Assembly: GCA_043801235.1 (NCBI GenBank)
Contig: JAZDMF010000345.1
Location: forward strand, 1 to 37,364
Length of the DNA: 37,364 nucleotides
Direction of reading: 5' to 3'
Source of the DNA: Bacteroidota bacterium
GTDB lineage: Bacteria; Bacteroidota; Bacteroidia; Bacteroidales; CG2-30-32-10
How positions within the stretch are numbered: position 1 is the first letter of the stretch; every line of letters starts with the position of its first letter. Below, piece by piece: positions 9,280-18,164 of this stretch. The notes beneath the pieces are model-generated. The model made no database searches and was not told the DNA's origin. It saw nothing but the letters and a program-made list of their open reading frames with translations. A program made the position numbers and the translations under genes.

Positions 9280-11493
9280 ATGCCGGTAATAATAAAGAAA
9301 ATCCTAATAGCTTTATTTCTTCTCGGAATAAATTATTACGGGTTTTCAGTGGAAATACAATACGACACAAATAAAATCAATGCCCTTGTTTCGGATGCAA
9401 AGAATAGCAATCCCAATCTGATTCATTACTGTACAGATTTTCTGAATTTCCACTCTGAAAAAATTGTTTACAGAGATTTATGGATTTCGCTGAACCTTGC
9501 ACGCAACGCGGAAAAACTATCTATAAAATATGATTACAAAGCCGGCAGGGCCGATGCATTATTGAACCAGGCAATAGCAACCTCACTTGAAGGAGATTAT
9601 ACTGAATCGGTAATATTTTGTGACAGCGCATTTTTAATATACAATAAACTATGTGATTCCACAGGAATGGTCAAATCGCTTTTCTGGATGTCAATATCAT
9701 ATTGTTTCAGCGACATTGAAGAGGCACAGAAAATAGTTAACCGAATTTACACGTTCAAGTCGATGAAAAATAATTACAATTTATGCGGAGATATTAGCAG
9801 TGTTCAATCGTTTATTTATTTTTTGCAGGGAGATTATGACAAGGCATTAAAATATCTTGATGTTAGCATTACCATTGCCTTGGGCGCCAATGATAAATCA
9901 AAGCTTGCACAATGCTATCATAAACTTAGTTTGATATACAGCCGAAAAGGAAAATATGATTTATCACTTACGTATTCTTTAAAAGCATTAAAAATCTTTT
10001 ATGATAATTGCGAGTATGTAAATGTTGTAAAAATCCTAAATAAAATCGGGAGCATTCTGCTTGACCAGGAGGATTTATATAATGCCGGAAGAGTATTTTC
10101 TTTTGAAGCAAAAGTGTTAAAAAGAATCAATATTAAACGCAGTTGGGCTACATACTACTTATATCTTTATCAATTTTATTTTTTTCAGAATAATTTAGGT
10201 AAAGCAATCGAATATTTAAAGTACGGTTATGATATTCAGAAAACTTTAGGTGACTCACTTAATCTTTCACAGACTTTAGGCAATATTGCTTCTATCTACG
10301 TTGATAAGAATGAAATGGACAGCGCTTTAGATGTATACGAAAAAGTTTTGAAAATTCAGGATAAAATTGGATTTAATTATGGCAAAGCTCAAACCCTTTC
10401 CGATATCGGTATCATATTTAATAAACTGAAAAAATATCAGAGCGCCGTAGAAAATTTGGAATTATCAAATTCTTTATTGATAAATGATATCGACAGACTA
10501 CTCATGATTGACAACTATAATGAATTGTCTAAAGCATACATACAGTTAAAAAATTACCCCAAAGCTTATTTCTATCTTGAACAATATACAAAGCAATGGG
10601 ATAGTCTGTACAAGGAAACAGTACAAAAGCAGATCGATGATCTGATGATCAAATATGAATCGGAAGAGAAAGATTATAAAATAAAAAAACTTTCCGATGC
10701 TCAGGAAATAAGTGATCTGAAATCAAAGAGGGAAAGGCTATATACTATAATTTTAATTATTCTGGTTTTAATGCTGACCGCCCTGTTTTTCCTGATATAT
10801 ATAACGGTCAAGCAGCGGCAAAAAAATAAATATCAAACCCTTGTAAATGAAACCCAGAGGAAAATTGCCAATGCCATTCTTGAAGCCCAGGACAAAGAAA
10901 GAAATGCCATCGGCCGTGACCTGCACGACAGCATTGGTGCCATGGTGGCAACGGCAAAACTTAACCTGAGCAATTCACAGAATGAAAATACGGAAAAAAT
11001 AAAAGACAATATATCATCTTCTGTGAAAGACCTTGACCAGGTTATAAAAGAACTAAGAGAAGTGGCGCGGAACCTGATGACCGACATAATTACCGAATCG
11101 GGCATTCAGCAGGCTTTCCAGCTATATGTTGATAAAATTAACCATGCACAGGCTGAAATTAAATTCAAATTCATGTCGCTAGGCAATTTTTCCAAGATGA
11201 ATAACAGTTCGCAAATCATATTGTATAAAATATTTCTTGAACTCACGAACAACTGCATCAAATACTCTATGGCAACCGAAGCTACAGTTGAACTTGCCGA
11301 GCTTGACAAACAGGTTGTGTTCACCATGGAAGATAACGGGGTGGGTTTTGATGTGGAAAAATGTTTAAATAAAGGTCTGGGGCTGCAGAATATTAATTAC
11401 AGGGTCACACTGCTGGGTGGTAAATGCCAGATTGATTCACTTCCCGGAAAAGGGACCAGCATCTCAATAGAGCTTAACGTTAAACAGGAATAA
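9280..11493 (+). CDS. Tetratricopeptide-repeat sensor histidine kinase (HisKA_3/NarX-like)
   Basis: Signal/TM segment, periplasmic TPRs, TM (YTIILIILVLMLTALFFLIYI), H-box ERNAIGRDLHDSIG, and ATPase boxes ELTNNCIKYS, EDNGVGFD, GLGLQNI, DSLPGKGT. Start is ATG 9280 or GTG 9271. Confidence 0.93.
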   Translation: MPVIIKKILIALFLLGINYYGFSVEIQYDTNKINALVSDAKNSNPNLIHYCTDFLNFHSEKIVYRDLWISLNLARNAEKLSIKYDYKAGRADALLNQAIATSLEGDYTESVIFCDSAFLIYNKLCDSTGMVKSLFWMSISYCFSDIEEAQKIVNRIYTFKSMKNNYNLCGDISSVQSFIYFLQGDYDKALKYLDVSITIALGANDKSKLAQCYHKLSLIYSRKGKYDLSLTYSLKALKIFYDNCEYVNVVKILNKIGSILLDQEDLYNAGRVFSFEAKVLKRINIKRSWATYYLYLYQFYFFQNNLGKAIEYLKYGYDIQKTLGDSLNLSQTLGNIASIYVDKNEMDSALDVYEKVLKIQDKIGFNYGKAQTLSDIGIIFNKLKKYQSAVENLELSNSLLINDIDRLLMIDNYNELSKAYIQLKNYPKAYFYLEQYTKQWDSLYKETVQKQIDDLMIKYESEEKDYKIKKLSDAQEISDLKSKRERLYTIILIILVLMLTALFFLIYITVKQRQKNKYQTLVNETQRKIANAILEAQDKERNAIGRDLHDSIGAMVATAKLNLSNSQNENTEKIKDNISSSVKDLDQVIKELREVARNLMTDIITESGIQQAFQLYVDKINHAQAEIKFKFMSLGNFSKMNNSSQIILYKIFLELTNNCIKYSMATEATVELAELDKQVVFTMEDNGVGFDVEKCLNKGLGLQNINYRVTLLGGKCQIDSLPGKGTSISIELNVKQE

Positions 11494-11508
11494 GTTATGT
11501 TTATTAAC

Positions 11509-11586
11509 CCATCGAAGTACGAATTTATTACGAATATACGAACTACGAACTGATTCGTACGTTCGTATTTGTTCGTACTTCGATGG
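11509..11586. repeat. Palindromic element built from TACGAA/TTCGTA short tandem repeats
   Basis: 15-bp perfect terminal inverted repeat CCATCGAAGTACGAA / TTCGTACTTCGATGG; four TACGAA units followed by three TTCGTA units. Confidence 0.85.
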
Positions 11587-11651
11587 AATTAGTAATGAAG
11601 GTCAATTGATTTTTTTGAAGAATTATTAATGGAAATTATAATACTCAAATC

Positions 11652-12320
11652 ATGGAACAACCCGTAAGAATTTTAATAGCCGACGACCATCAGCTTTTTA
11701 TTGATGGAATAAAATCTTTATTGAAAGATTATAAAGATATAGAAGTAGTTGCAAGCGCAAATAACGGCCTGGAAGTTATTGAATTCCTGAAAGAAAATGA
11801 GATTGACCTGATTTTAATGGATATTGCCATGGCTAAAATGAACGGTATGGAAACAACAAAAACAGTGATAAAAAAATATCCTGAGATCAAAATTATAGGA
11901 CTGAGCATGTTTGGTGAAACTTTTTATGTAAAAAAAATGTTTGAGTCGGGTGCCCAAGGCTATGTTCTAAAGAATATAGAACGAGATGAATTGCTGCTGG
12001 CGATTAAAATGGTGGCTGAAGGAAGTATATACATTTCCAAAGACCTTGGGCTTGATCCCGAAAAAATAATGGAATCGATAAAAACAGAAAACCGTAAAAC
12101 AAATGCAGTTCCCGACGAAAAAAATTCATTATCTCCACGCGAAATCGAAATCATCAAATTAATTGTAGCTGGCTTAACCATTAAAGAAATTGCAGCAAAA
12201 CTTTTCTTAAGCTATTTTACAGTTGATACCCATAAAAAGAAAATCTTCAAAAAACTTAATGTAAACAGCATTTCCGCATTGATCAGGTATTCCATCGAAA
12301 ACCAGATACTTTCCATCTGA
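11652..12320 (+). CDS. NarL/LuxR family DNA-binding response regulator
   Basis: Receiver domain (ILIADDHQLF, DLILMDI, GYVLK) and LuxR HTH (LSPREIEIIKLI...IAAKLFLSYFTVDTHKKKIFKKL). Confidence 0.96.
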   Translation: MEQPVRILIADDHQLFIDGIKSLLKDYKDIEVVASANNGLEVIEFLKENEIDLILMDIAMAKMNGMETTKTVIKKYPEIKIIGLSMFGETFYVKKMFESGAQGYVLKNIERDELLLAIKMVAEGSIYISKDLGLDPEKIMESIKTENRKTNAVPDEKNSLSPREIEIIKLIVAGLTIKEIAAKLFLSYFTVDTHKKKIFKKLNVNSISALIRYSIENQILSI

Positions 12321-12390
12321 TTTTTTTTAGCTTATAAGCAAGTTTCATTAAGCAGCCATATATATTTTTAGCCAAAACCCCCTTTTCATA

Positions 12391-12410
12391 AATACCTTGA
12401 ATCCGGTATC
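12391..12410. promoter_or_regulatory. Second TACC-N8-GGTA box, downstream of the response regulator
   Basis: AATACCTTGAATCCGGTATC has the same half-sites and spacing as the box at 8538-8557. Confidence 0.45.
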
Positions 12411-12469
12411 TCTTTTATACAATCTTACACTGTATTCAAAGAATCTCGGAAGACTTTTATGAGAAATTT

Positions 12470-13747
12470 TTATTTGAGCGTGCCAATATATCTTGCTACT
12501 GCAAAATCAAAATTATCAGAATCATTTTTTGAAAATCCGGCAACTATAATTTTCCCATCCGTCTGTATTGAAACGGCATGTGCATAATCATAAGTGCTTC
12601 CAACCGGTGTGAGAACAATTCCGTTATTTCCGAAAGAATGATCAATCACTCCATTTATATTATATCTGGCAACAGCAAAATCTATATATGTATTGTTTGC
12701 AGAATATCCTGCGACAACTATTTTCCCGTCGCTCTGAATGACTACAGCTTCGATGGCATCATTAAAACCACCGATGTCGGTTATGACTATACCTTCTTTT
12801 CCGAAAGAGTTATCCAATATACCTTCAGTATTATATCTTGCAATTAAGAAATCATCATTTGATTCATTATATGAATAACCTGCAATCACTATTTTTCCGT
12901 CTGTTTGTATTGACAATGAATTTGCATAATTATATCCTTTCCCGAAAGGAGTAACAGATATCCCGTTTTTCCCGAAAGAATTGTCTGTTGTTCCGTCGGC
13001 GTTGTAGCGCACAATTGCAAAATAGGTATAAGAGCCGTTAACAGTATTACCGGCAGCAATAATTTTTCCGTCATTTTGCTGAGCCAGCGCAAAAACCTTA
13101 TCATCAGAGAGCCCGACAGGAGTTATTATTACGCCGTTTTTGCCGAAAGTACTATCAAATGTCCCGTCGGTATTATATCTTGCAATTACAAAATCTGCGT
13201 TAAGGCTATCATAAGAACATCCACCCACAATGATTTTCCCATCAGGTTGTAATGTTGCCGTATATATTTCATCATCAAAAGATCTGATGTAACTTATAAC
13301 CAATCCGTTTTTTCCAAATGTGCTGTCAAAGGTTCCATTAATATTATATCTTACAAGAGCAAAATCATGACTCCCGAATGAAGCTGTTGTGAAACCTGTT
13401 GCTATTATCTTTCCGTCAGGCTGGACAAGCACTATATAAGCCTGGTCATTTGATTTTCCGACAGAGGTTATCACTTTTCCTTCCGTTCCGAAAGAACTGT
13501 CCAATTGTCCGTTTGTGTTATATCTTACAAGCGCAAAATCATAATCAGAATTTTCAGCAGAATAGCCGGCTACAACAATTTTTCCGTCAGGCTGAACAGA
13601 TACCGATTGTCCGTAATTGTTGCCTTTGGTAACAGAGGTAGTAACATATCCGATTCCTCCAAAAGTCAAATCAAGAGAACCGGGAGATTGCGAATATGCA
13701 GTCACTTCCAACAAAAAGGGAAAAACTATTAAAAATAATTTTCTCAT
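12470..13747 (-). CDS. Delta-60 repeat (DUF5122-like) beta-propeller exported protein, no CTD
   Basis: Signal peptide, GSLDLTFG, and seven repeats of Q(P/T/S/N)DGKI.xG...DFA.xRYN.xG.xD.xFG.xG. Confidence 0.9.
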   Translation of the reverse strand: MRKLFLIVFPFLLEVTAYSQSPGSLDLTFGGIGYVTTSVTKGNNYGQSVSVQPDGKIVVAGYSAENSDYDFALVRYNTNGQLDSSFGTEGKVITSVGKSNDQAYIVLVQPDGKIIATGFTTASFGSHDFALVRYNINGTFDSTFGKNGLVISYIRSFDDEIYTATLQPDGKIIVGGCSYDSLNADFVIARYNTDGTFDSTFGKNGVIITPVGLSDDKVFALAQQNDGKIIAAGNTVNGSYTYFAIVRYNADGTTDNSFGKNGISVTPFGKGYNYANSLSIQTDGKIVIAGYSYNESNDDFLIARYNTEGILDNSFGKEGIVITDIGGFNDAIEAVVIQSDGKIVVAGYSANNTYIDFAVARYNINGVIDHSFGNNGIVLTPVGSTYDYAHAVSIQTDGKIIVAGFSKNDSDNFDFAVARYIGTLK

Positions 13748-13753
13748 GAATCG

Positions 13754-14947
13754 TTATTCTTTAATAAACTTTTTTAGCGAAATATTTTCCGAATTTTCAA
13801 TTTTGACAAAATATATTCCTTTTGAAAAATCTGAGATAATGATTTCAGTATATGTTTGCTGCAATGTTTGCTGAAGCATCATTTGACCAATTAAGTTGTA
13901 AACAGAAATAATATTTTTTTGTTCCGGTATCGCTTGTCGCATTTCAATTTTTATATAATTTACAGCAGGATTCGGATAAAGTGAGAACACAGTATTTTCT
14001 TCAAAATTTTCTTTTATATGATTAAACCCGCCATTGAGAGTTTTCAAAACGAGTCCGTCGCTTCCGGCAGTATAACCCGAATCACTGTTTAAAAAGAAAA
14101 CAGAATTGATATTATTAGTTGTATTAGAAATCTGGGGAATCCAGTTTGTATCGTTTTCTGATTTAAATATTATACCATTGCTTCCTGCTGCAAAACAACC
14201 TCCGTTTTCAAAACAATAAATATCTTTAATGTTTTCGTTTGTAAAACTTTGAAGCAATGACCAGTTGTTTCCTGCATTTTCGGTTTTGAGAATCGTTCCG
14301 TTATCGCCGGCTACATAGCAGATGCTGTCGTTCAGCAGTGATAATCCGTATAAGGTTTTATTTGAGTTTGAAATTTGCGGTATCCAAAAATCTCCTCCGT
14401 CAGAAGTTTTTATAATTGTTCCATAGTTTCCGACCGCAAAACCTGTGTTATTATAAAATGTAACAGCCCTTAAAATATAAACCGTGGGTGAAGGTACAGA
14501 AGTCCATGTATCGCCGCCATCATTTGTTTTCAGAATTATTCCGTTATCGCCAACGGCAAAACCAGTATCCGGGTTAACAAAAAACAAACCGTTCAGCCTG
14601 TTACTAACACCGCTGAATTTTATATTCCATGTGTTTCCACCGTCAGTTGTTTTCAGAACGATTCCGCTGTCGCCTGCAATATATCCATTCAGAAGATCAG
14701 TAAAAAAAATATCGTTGAAATTATTATTTTCAGAAGTTGATATCAGGTTCCATGCCGTACCTCCGCTGGATGTTTTTATAATAGTTCCTGTATCACCAAC
14801 AGCATAACCAACAGCTTCGTTGTTAAAAAAAATGGAATGCAGGTCAACAGGCAGAGAATATGATACATTATTCCATTGGCCGCTGACAACAGGCAGGAAT
14901 GATATGAATAGCAATGAACTTAATGAAGTGCGCAAATATTTTATCAT
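13754..14947 (-). CDS. YCF48-related (BNR/Asp-box) beta-propeller protein with T9SS type-A CTD
   Basis: Repeats G(Y/F)AVGDxGxIxKTxDGGxTW; CTD LYPNPAVN...KGIYFVKI...KKFIKE. Confidence 0.9.
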   Translation of the reverse strand: MIKYLRTSLSSLLFISFLPVVSGQWNNVSYSLPVDLHSIFFNNEAVGYAVGDTGTIIKTSSGGTAWNLISTSENNNFNDIFFTDLLNGYIAGDSGIVLKTTDGGNTWNIKFSGVSNRLNGLFFVNPDTGFAVGDNGIILKTNDGGDTWTSVPSPTVYILRAVTFYNNTGFAVGNYGTIIKTSDGGDFWIPQISNSNKTLYGLSLLNDSICYVAGDNGTILKTENAGNNWSLLQSFTNENIKDIYCFENGGCFAAGSNGIIFKSENDTNWIPQISNTTNNINSVFFLNSDSGYTAGSDGLVLKTLNGGFNHIKENFEENTVFSLYPNPAVNYIKIEMRQAIPEQKNIISVYNLIGQMMLQQTLQQTYTEIIISDFSKGIYFVKIENSENISLKKFIKE

Positions 14948-14949
14948 TT

Positions 14950-16863
14950 TTAATTTTTTTCTGAATCACTGAGTTCTCCAATAATTTTAAATTCTATTCT
15001 TCTGTTTAACTGACGTCCGTTTGGATTATCGGTTCCGTCAATATTTATATTTGTAGCTACGGGATTTGCCTCTCCGTAACCTTTAGCTACCAGTCTTTTT
15101 TTGTTAATGCCTTTTTGTATCAAATACTGCACTACGCTGTTTGCCCTGTTTTGCGACAGTATCAGATTGTATTCATCATCACCTTTGCTGTCGGTATAGC
15201 CGGATATTTCTATAATAGAACAAGGATTCTGACTAAGCTGCGCAGCAAGAAAATCCAATTCCGTCGCAGATTCAGGACGGAGTGTGGCTTTATCGAAATC
15301 GAAATAAATATTTTTTAATGAGTAAATGATTTTTTTTTCAATTTTATCTGATGTTATAAAATCTTTTCTTGTTGTATCCTGTTCTGTTGACGCAATTGTA
15401 TTAATAATGGTTTCTTTTGAAACTGTGTCGGACAAAAGAATAATAGAAAAAGAGGTATTAATAAATTCTTTTCCGGTAGTAATAAATCCCGAAGAATCTA
15501 TCGATCTGAATCTGTATATATCATCACAACAGGTTCCGTTTTCATTATTGGATATGCTTCCGGTACGGTTGGAAACAAAATATCCGTCATCTGTAGTTTG
15601 ATAATCCGGTTCTATTAACACATAATCAAAATCATCAGCGCTTGAATTAATCGGATATCCGAGATTAACGGGTTCTTCCCATCTGGATAGCGAACCTTTT
15701 GAACTGAAAATATCAAGTCCGCCCAGGTTTATTAAACCATCGGAACTGAAATATAAAATTTTGTTATTCCCGTCATAAAAAGGAGTTATTTCATTTCCGG
15801 ATGTGTTTATCTTATTCCCGAGGTTTTTAGGAGGAGCATATTCATTATTGTTTTTTATTACCGTAAACCAAATATCAAAACCGCCATTTCCGCCAGGCCT
15901 GTCAGAAGCATAATATATAACTTCCTGGTTTTTTTTATTTGATGTATAATTAGGCTGAGTGGTGGAATATCCGGGATAATTTATCAGATCAGGTAATTTT
16001 ACAGGACCTTGCCATTGTGTGTTTTTATATTCGCTTACATAAATATTGCAAATAATTTTTGAGTTATTGGCAGTGTTACAGAGTGTGAAATAAAATCTTT
16101 TTTTATCCTCAGAAAATGCGCCATTGGCCGTGTGCATTTTTCCGTTGTTGAATGCTGCATCAAACAATCCCATGAATATATAATTATCACCATCGCTTTT
16201 TTTCGCATAGTATAATTTCACAAGCTGCTGTTCATTTTTTCCGGCAAGAGAATCAGGTAGCCGGATTGAAGAGAAAAGCAACTTATTGTTTTCAAAAGGG
16301 AGAGGGGCAAAATCAGAATTAATGCCATTTATGTTTGTATCAAGATGTTCAATGGAAACCGATAGAGGATTCTCTACTGCTGTTAATGCGAATTTGCAAT
16401 CTTTTATTTCTTTTTTTGCCTGTTTGATATAATAAGAAGTATTTATACCATTATAAGTTTTGTAAAACTGAGTGAAAGCAGTAATGGCATCATTGTAATT
16501 ACCGCTCATTTTAAGCATTGATGCATATTTGAACTTTGCCAGGGGAAGCGCCAAAGAGTCGAGAAGAAAAGTTTTATCGTACCATATTCCGGCATTTATG
16601 TAATCGCGGAGATTGTAATATGATTCTGCAAGACGATATGAAATTTCGGAATTGTCAGGTTCTGCTTCATGCAATTGCAAATATAAATTTACAGCAGCAT
16701 AATAATTTTCAGTTTTAAAAGCATATTCAGCAAGTCTTGTTGTTTTGTATATGTTGATTTTTCCTTCCTCAGAAGTTTGTCCTGCAACATAAAAAGAAAA
16801 AACTAATAATAAAACGGTTAGTAATAGGGGGTGCAATTTTATTTTATAACTGCTATTACGCAT
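14950..16863 (-). CDS. PorE-like OmpA family protein (TPR + PD40 + OmpA_C)
   Basis: TPR N-terminus; YASDRPGGNGGFDIW and FSSDGLINLGGLDIF; OmpA_C NIYFDFDKATLR, GYTDSKGDDEYNLILSQNRA, GYGE, NRRIEF. Confidence 0.92.
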   Translation of the reverse strand: MRNSSYKIKLHPLLLTVLLLVFSFYVAGQTSEEGKINIYKTTRLAEYAFKTENYYAAVNLYLQLHEAEPDNSEISYRLAESYYNLRDYINAGIWYDKTFLLDSLALPLAKFKYASMLKMSGNYNDAITAFTQFYKTYNGINTSYYIKQAKKEIKDCKFALTAVENPLSVSIEHLDTNINGINSDFAPLPFENNKLLFSSIRLPDSLAGKNEQQLVKLYYAKKSDGDNYIFMGLFDAAFNNGKMHTANGAFSEDKKRFYFTLCNTANNSKIICNIYVSEYKNTQWQGPVKLPDLINYPGYSTTQPNYTSNKKNQEVIYYASDRPGGNGGFDIWFTVIKNNNEYAPPKNLGNKINTSGNEITPFYDGNNKILYFSSDGLINLGGLDIFSSKGSLSRWEEPVNLGYPINSSADDFDYVLIEPDYQTTDDGYFVSNRTGSISNNENGTCCDDIYRFRSIDSSGFITTGKEFINTSFSIILLSDTVSKETIINTIASTEQDTTRKDFITSDKIEKKIIYSLKNIYFDFDKATLRPESATELDFLAAQLSQNPCSIIEISGYTDSKGDDEYNLILSQNRANSVVQYLIQKGINKKRLVAKGYGEANPVATNINIDGTDNPNGRQLNRRIEFKIIGELSDSEKN

Positions 16864-16903
16864 ATTTAATATTTATTTGTAAACCACTATACATTTTTTT
16901 TAA

Positions 16904-17070
16904 AGATTCCTCATTCCGCTTAGCTTCATTCGGAATGACAATTTATTTATTTTTAAGTAGGGGGGGAGAGGAGGAGGCGCTTCACCTAAGGCGAAGCGCC
17001 TCCTCCTCTCCCCATTATCCCTTTATCCAACCTGTCATTCCGAATCCCGATTTGTCGGGATGAGGAATCT
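16904..17070. repeat. Composite REP/BIME-like palindromic element
   Basis: Inverted arms AGATTCCTCA...ATTCGGAATGACA (16904-16940) and TGTCATTCCGAAT...TGAGGAATCT (17033-17070) flank a perfect 21-bp GC-rich stem (16963-16983 / 16993-17013). Confidence 0.85.
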
Positions 17071-17133
17071 CTATTTTTATATTTGCGTAACATCAGGTAT
17101 AAGGATTATTCAAGTTCATTTTATAAAAATTAG

Positions 17134-18159
17134 CTATAATCTTATACATGGCACAGATTCAGGTAATTTATTTTTGCCGTGTAAAACCCTGCCGGAAAAA
17201 ATAATTGAAATTTCAAAACCACCCCGATAATTACTCGCAGGATGCAGTTTGGAAATATTGATGTCATAACTGAAACAAACATCCCACTTTTCATATTTGA
17301 ATCCTGTGATCAGTATTATTGCATCTGAAATACGGCAACCTGCCCCGAAAATTATATTTGCAGGTTGATCCTTTATTGTTTTGAAAGTATGTTCCGCTCT
17401 GCCTTCAAAAGTAAACGCCTTTGCTTTATTCTGTGTCATATAAAGAATGTCGGGTCTAATTTTGGTTTTATCATTCAAAACATAAATTGCCTCCATATGG
17501 AAAACGTACCGTAAAGGAACTTTCGCTATTTCCCCTAATAAAGATTCATTGGGCCGGGTTAAATGGTAAACAGCAAAACCTCCGTTTATGTTATAGTTGT
17601 TTGTTTTTTCCGCCTGATAAAAAATACCTGTATTAATATCAAAATTACCTGTTGTATAATTTAATGTATTTTCCCCGCTTGAAATATTTGTGTTGAAATC
17701 GCCGTCCACATACTGACTTGCAAAAGAAAGTTTGCTGAAATCTATTTTTCTCTGAAAAAATCCTGCCTGTATTCCAAGAGCAACCATGTGATTTTTTTCG
17801 GCGCCAAAATATTTATGATAGGATGAGCTTATCATTATTTGCAGATTGCTCAAATGTCCTTCACCGGTTTTGTCGTTCATGATCTCAATACCTGCTCCGA
17901 CGGCATCGCCTTTTAACCGGTCTTCCATAAGTTTTGCATCAAGAGAAAAGGAAGAAGTGACAAAAGGTACAGAAATGCTGTTCCACTGATTTCTGTGATT
18001 AAGTGCAGCTCTTATGTTCCCGTCAATATTTCCTGTAAGTGCGGGATTCAGTGTAAGCGGCGAGTTGTAAAATTGCGTGAAATGTATATCCTGAGAAAAA
18101 AGTTTGCCGCTGATTAAAACAATCACTATTAATAATAATATATGTCGTTTTGCAGTCAT
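17134..18159 (-). CDS. PorP/SprF family T9SS outer-membrane beta-barrel protein
   Basis: QDIHFTQFYNSPLTLNPALTG, HRNQW and SYDINISKL...GGFEISI motifs; lies 5 nt after a type-B CTD gene. Confidence 0.93.
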   Translation of the reverse strand: MTAKRHILLLIVIVLISGKLFSQDIHFTQFYNSPLTLNPALTGNIDGNIRAALNHRNQWNSISVPFVTSSFSLDAKLMEDRLKGDAVGAGIEIMNDKTGEGHLSNLQIMISSSYHKYFGAEKNHMVALGIQAGFFQRKIDFSKLSFASQYVDGDFNTNISSGENTLNYTTGNFDINTGIFYQAEKTNNYNINGGFAVYHLTRPNESLLGEIAKVPLRYVFHMEAIYVLNDKTKIRPDILYMTQNKAKAFTFEGRAEHTFKTIKDQPANIIFGAGCRISDAIILITGFKYEKWDVCFSYDINISKLHPASNYRGGFEISIIFSGRVLHGKNKLPESVPCIRL

Positions 18160-18164
18160 AATGC

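Noticed and set aside
11509-11586. Possible CRISPR array (also considered for 25430-25510)
   Set aside because: Units are 6-7 nt, there are no 25-40-nt repeats with unique spacers, the arrays invert mid-way, and no cas genes are present.
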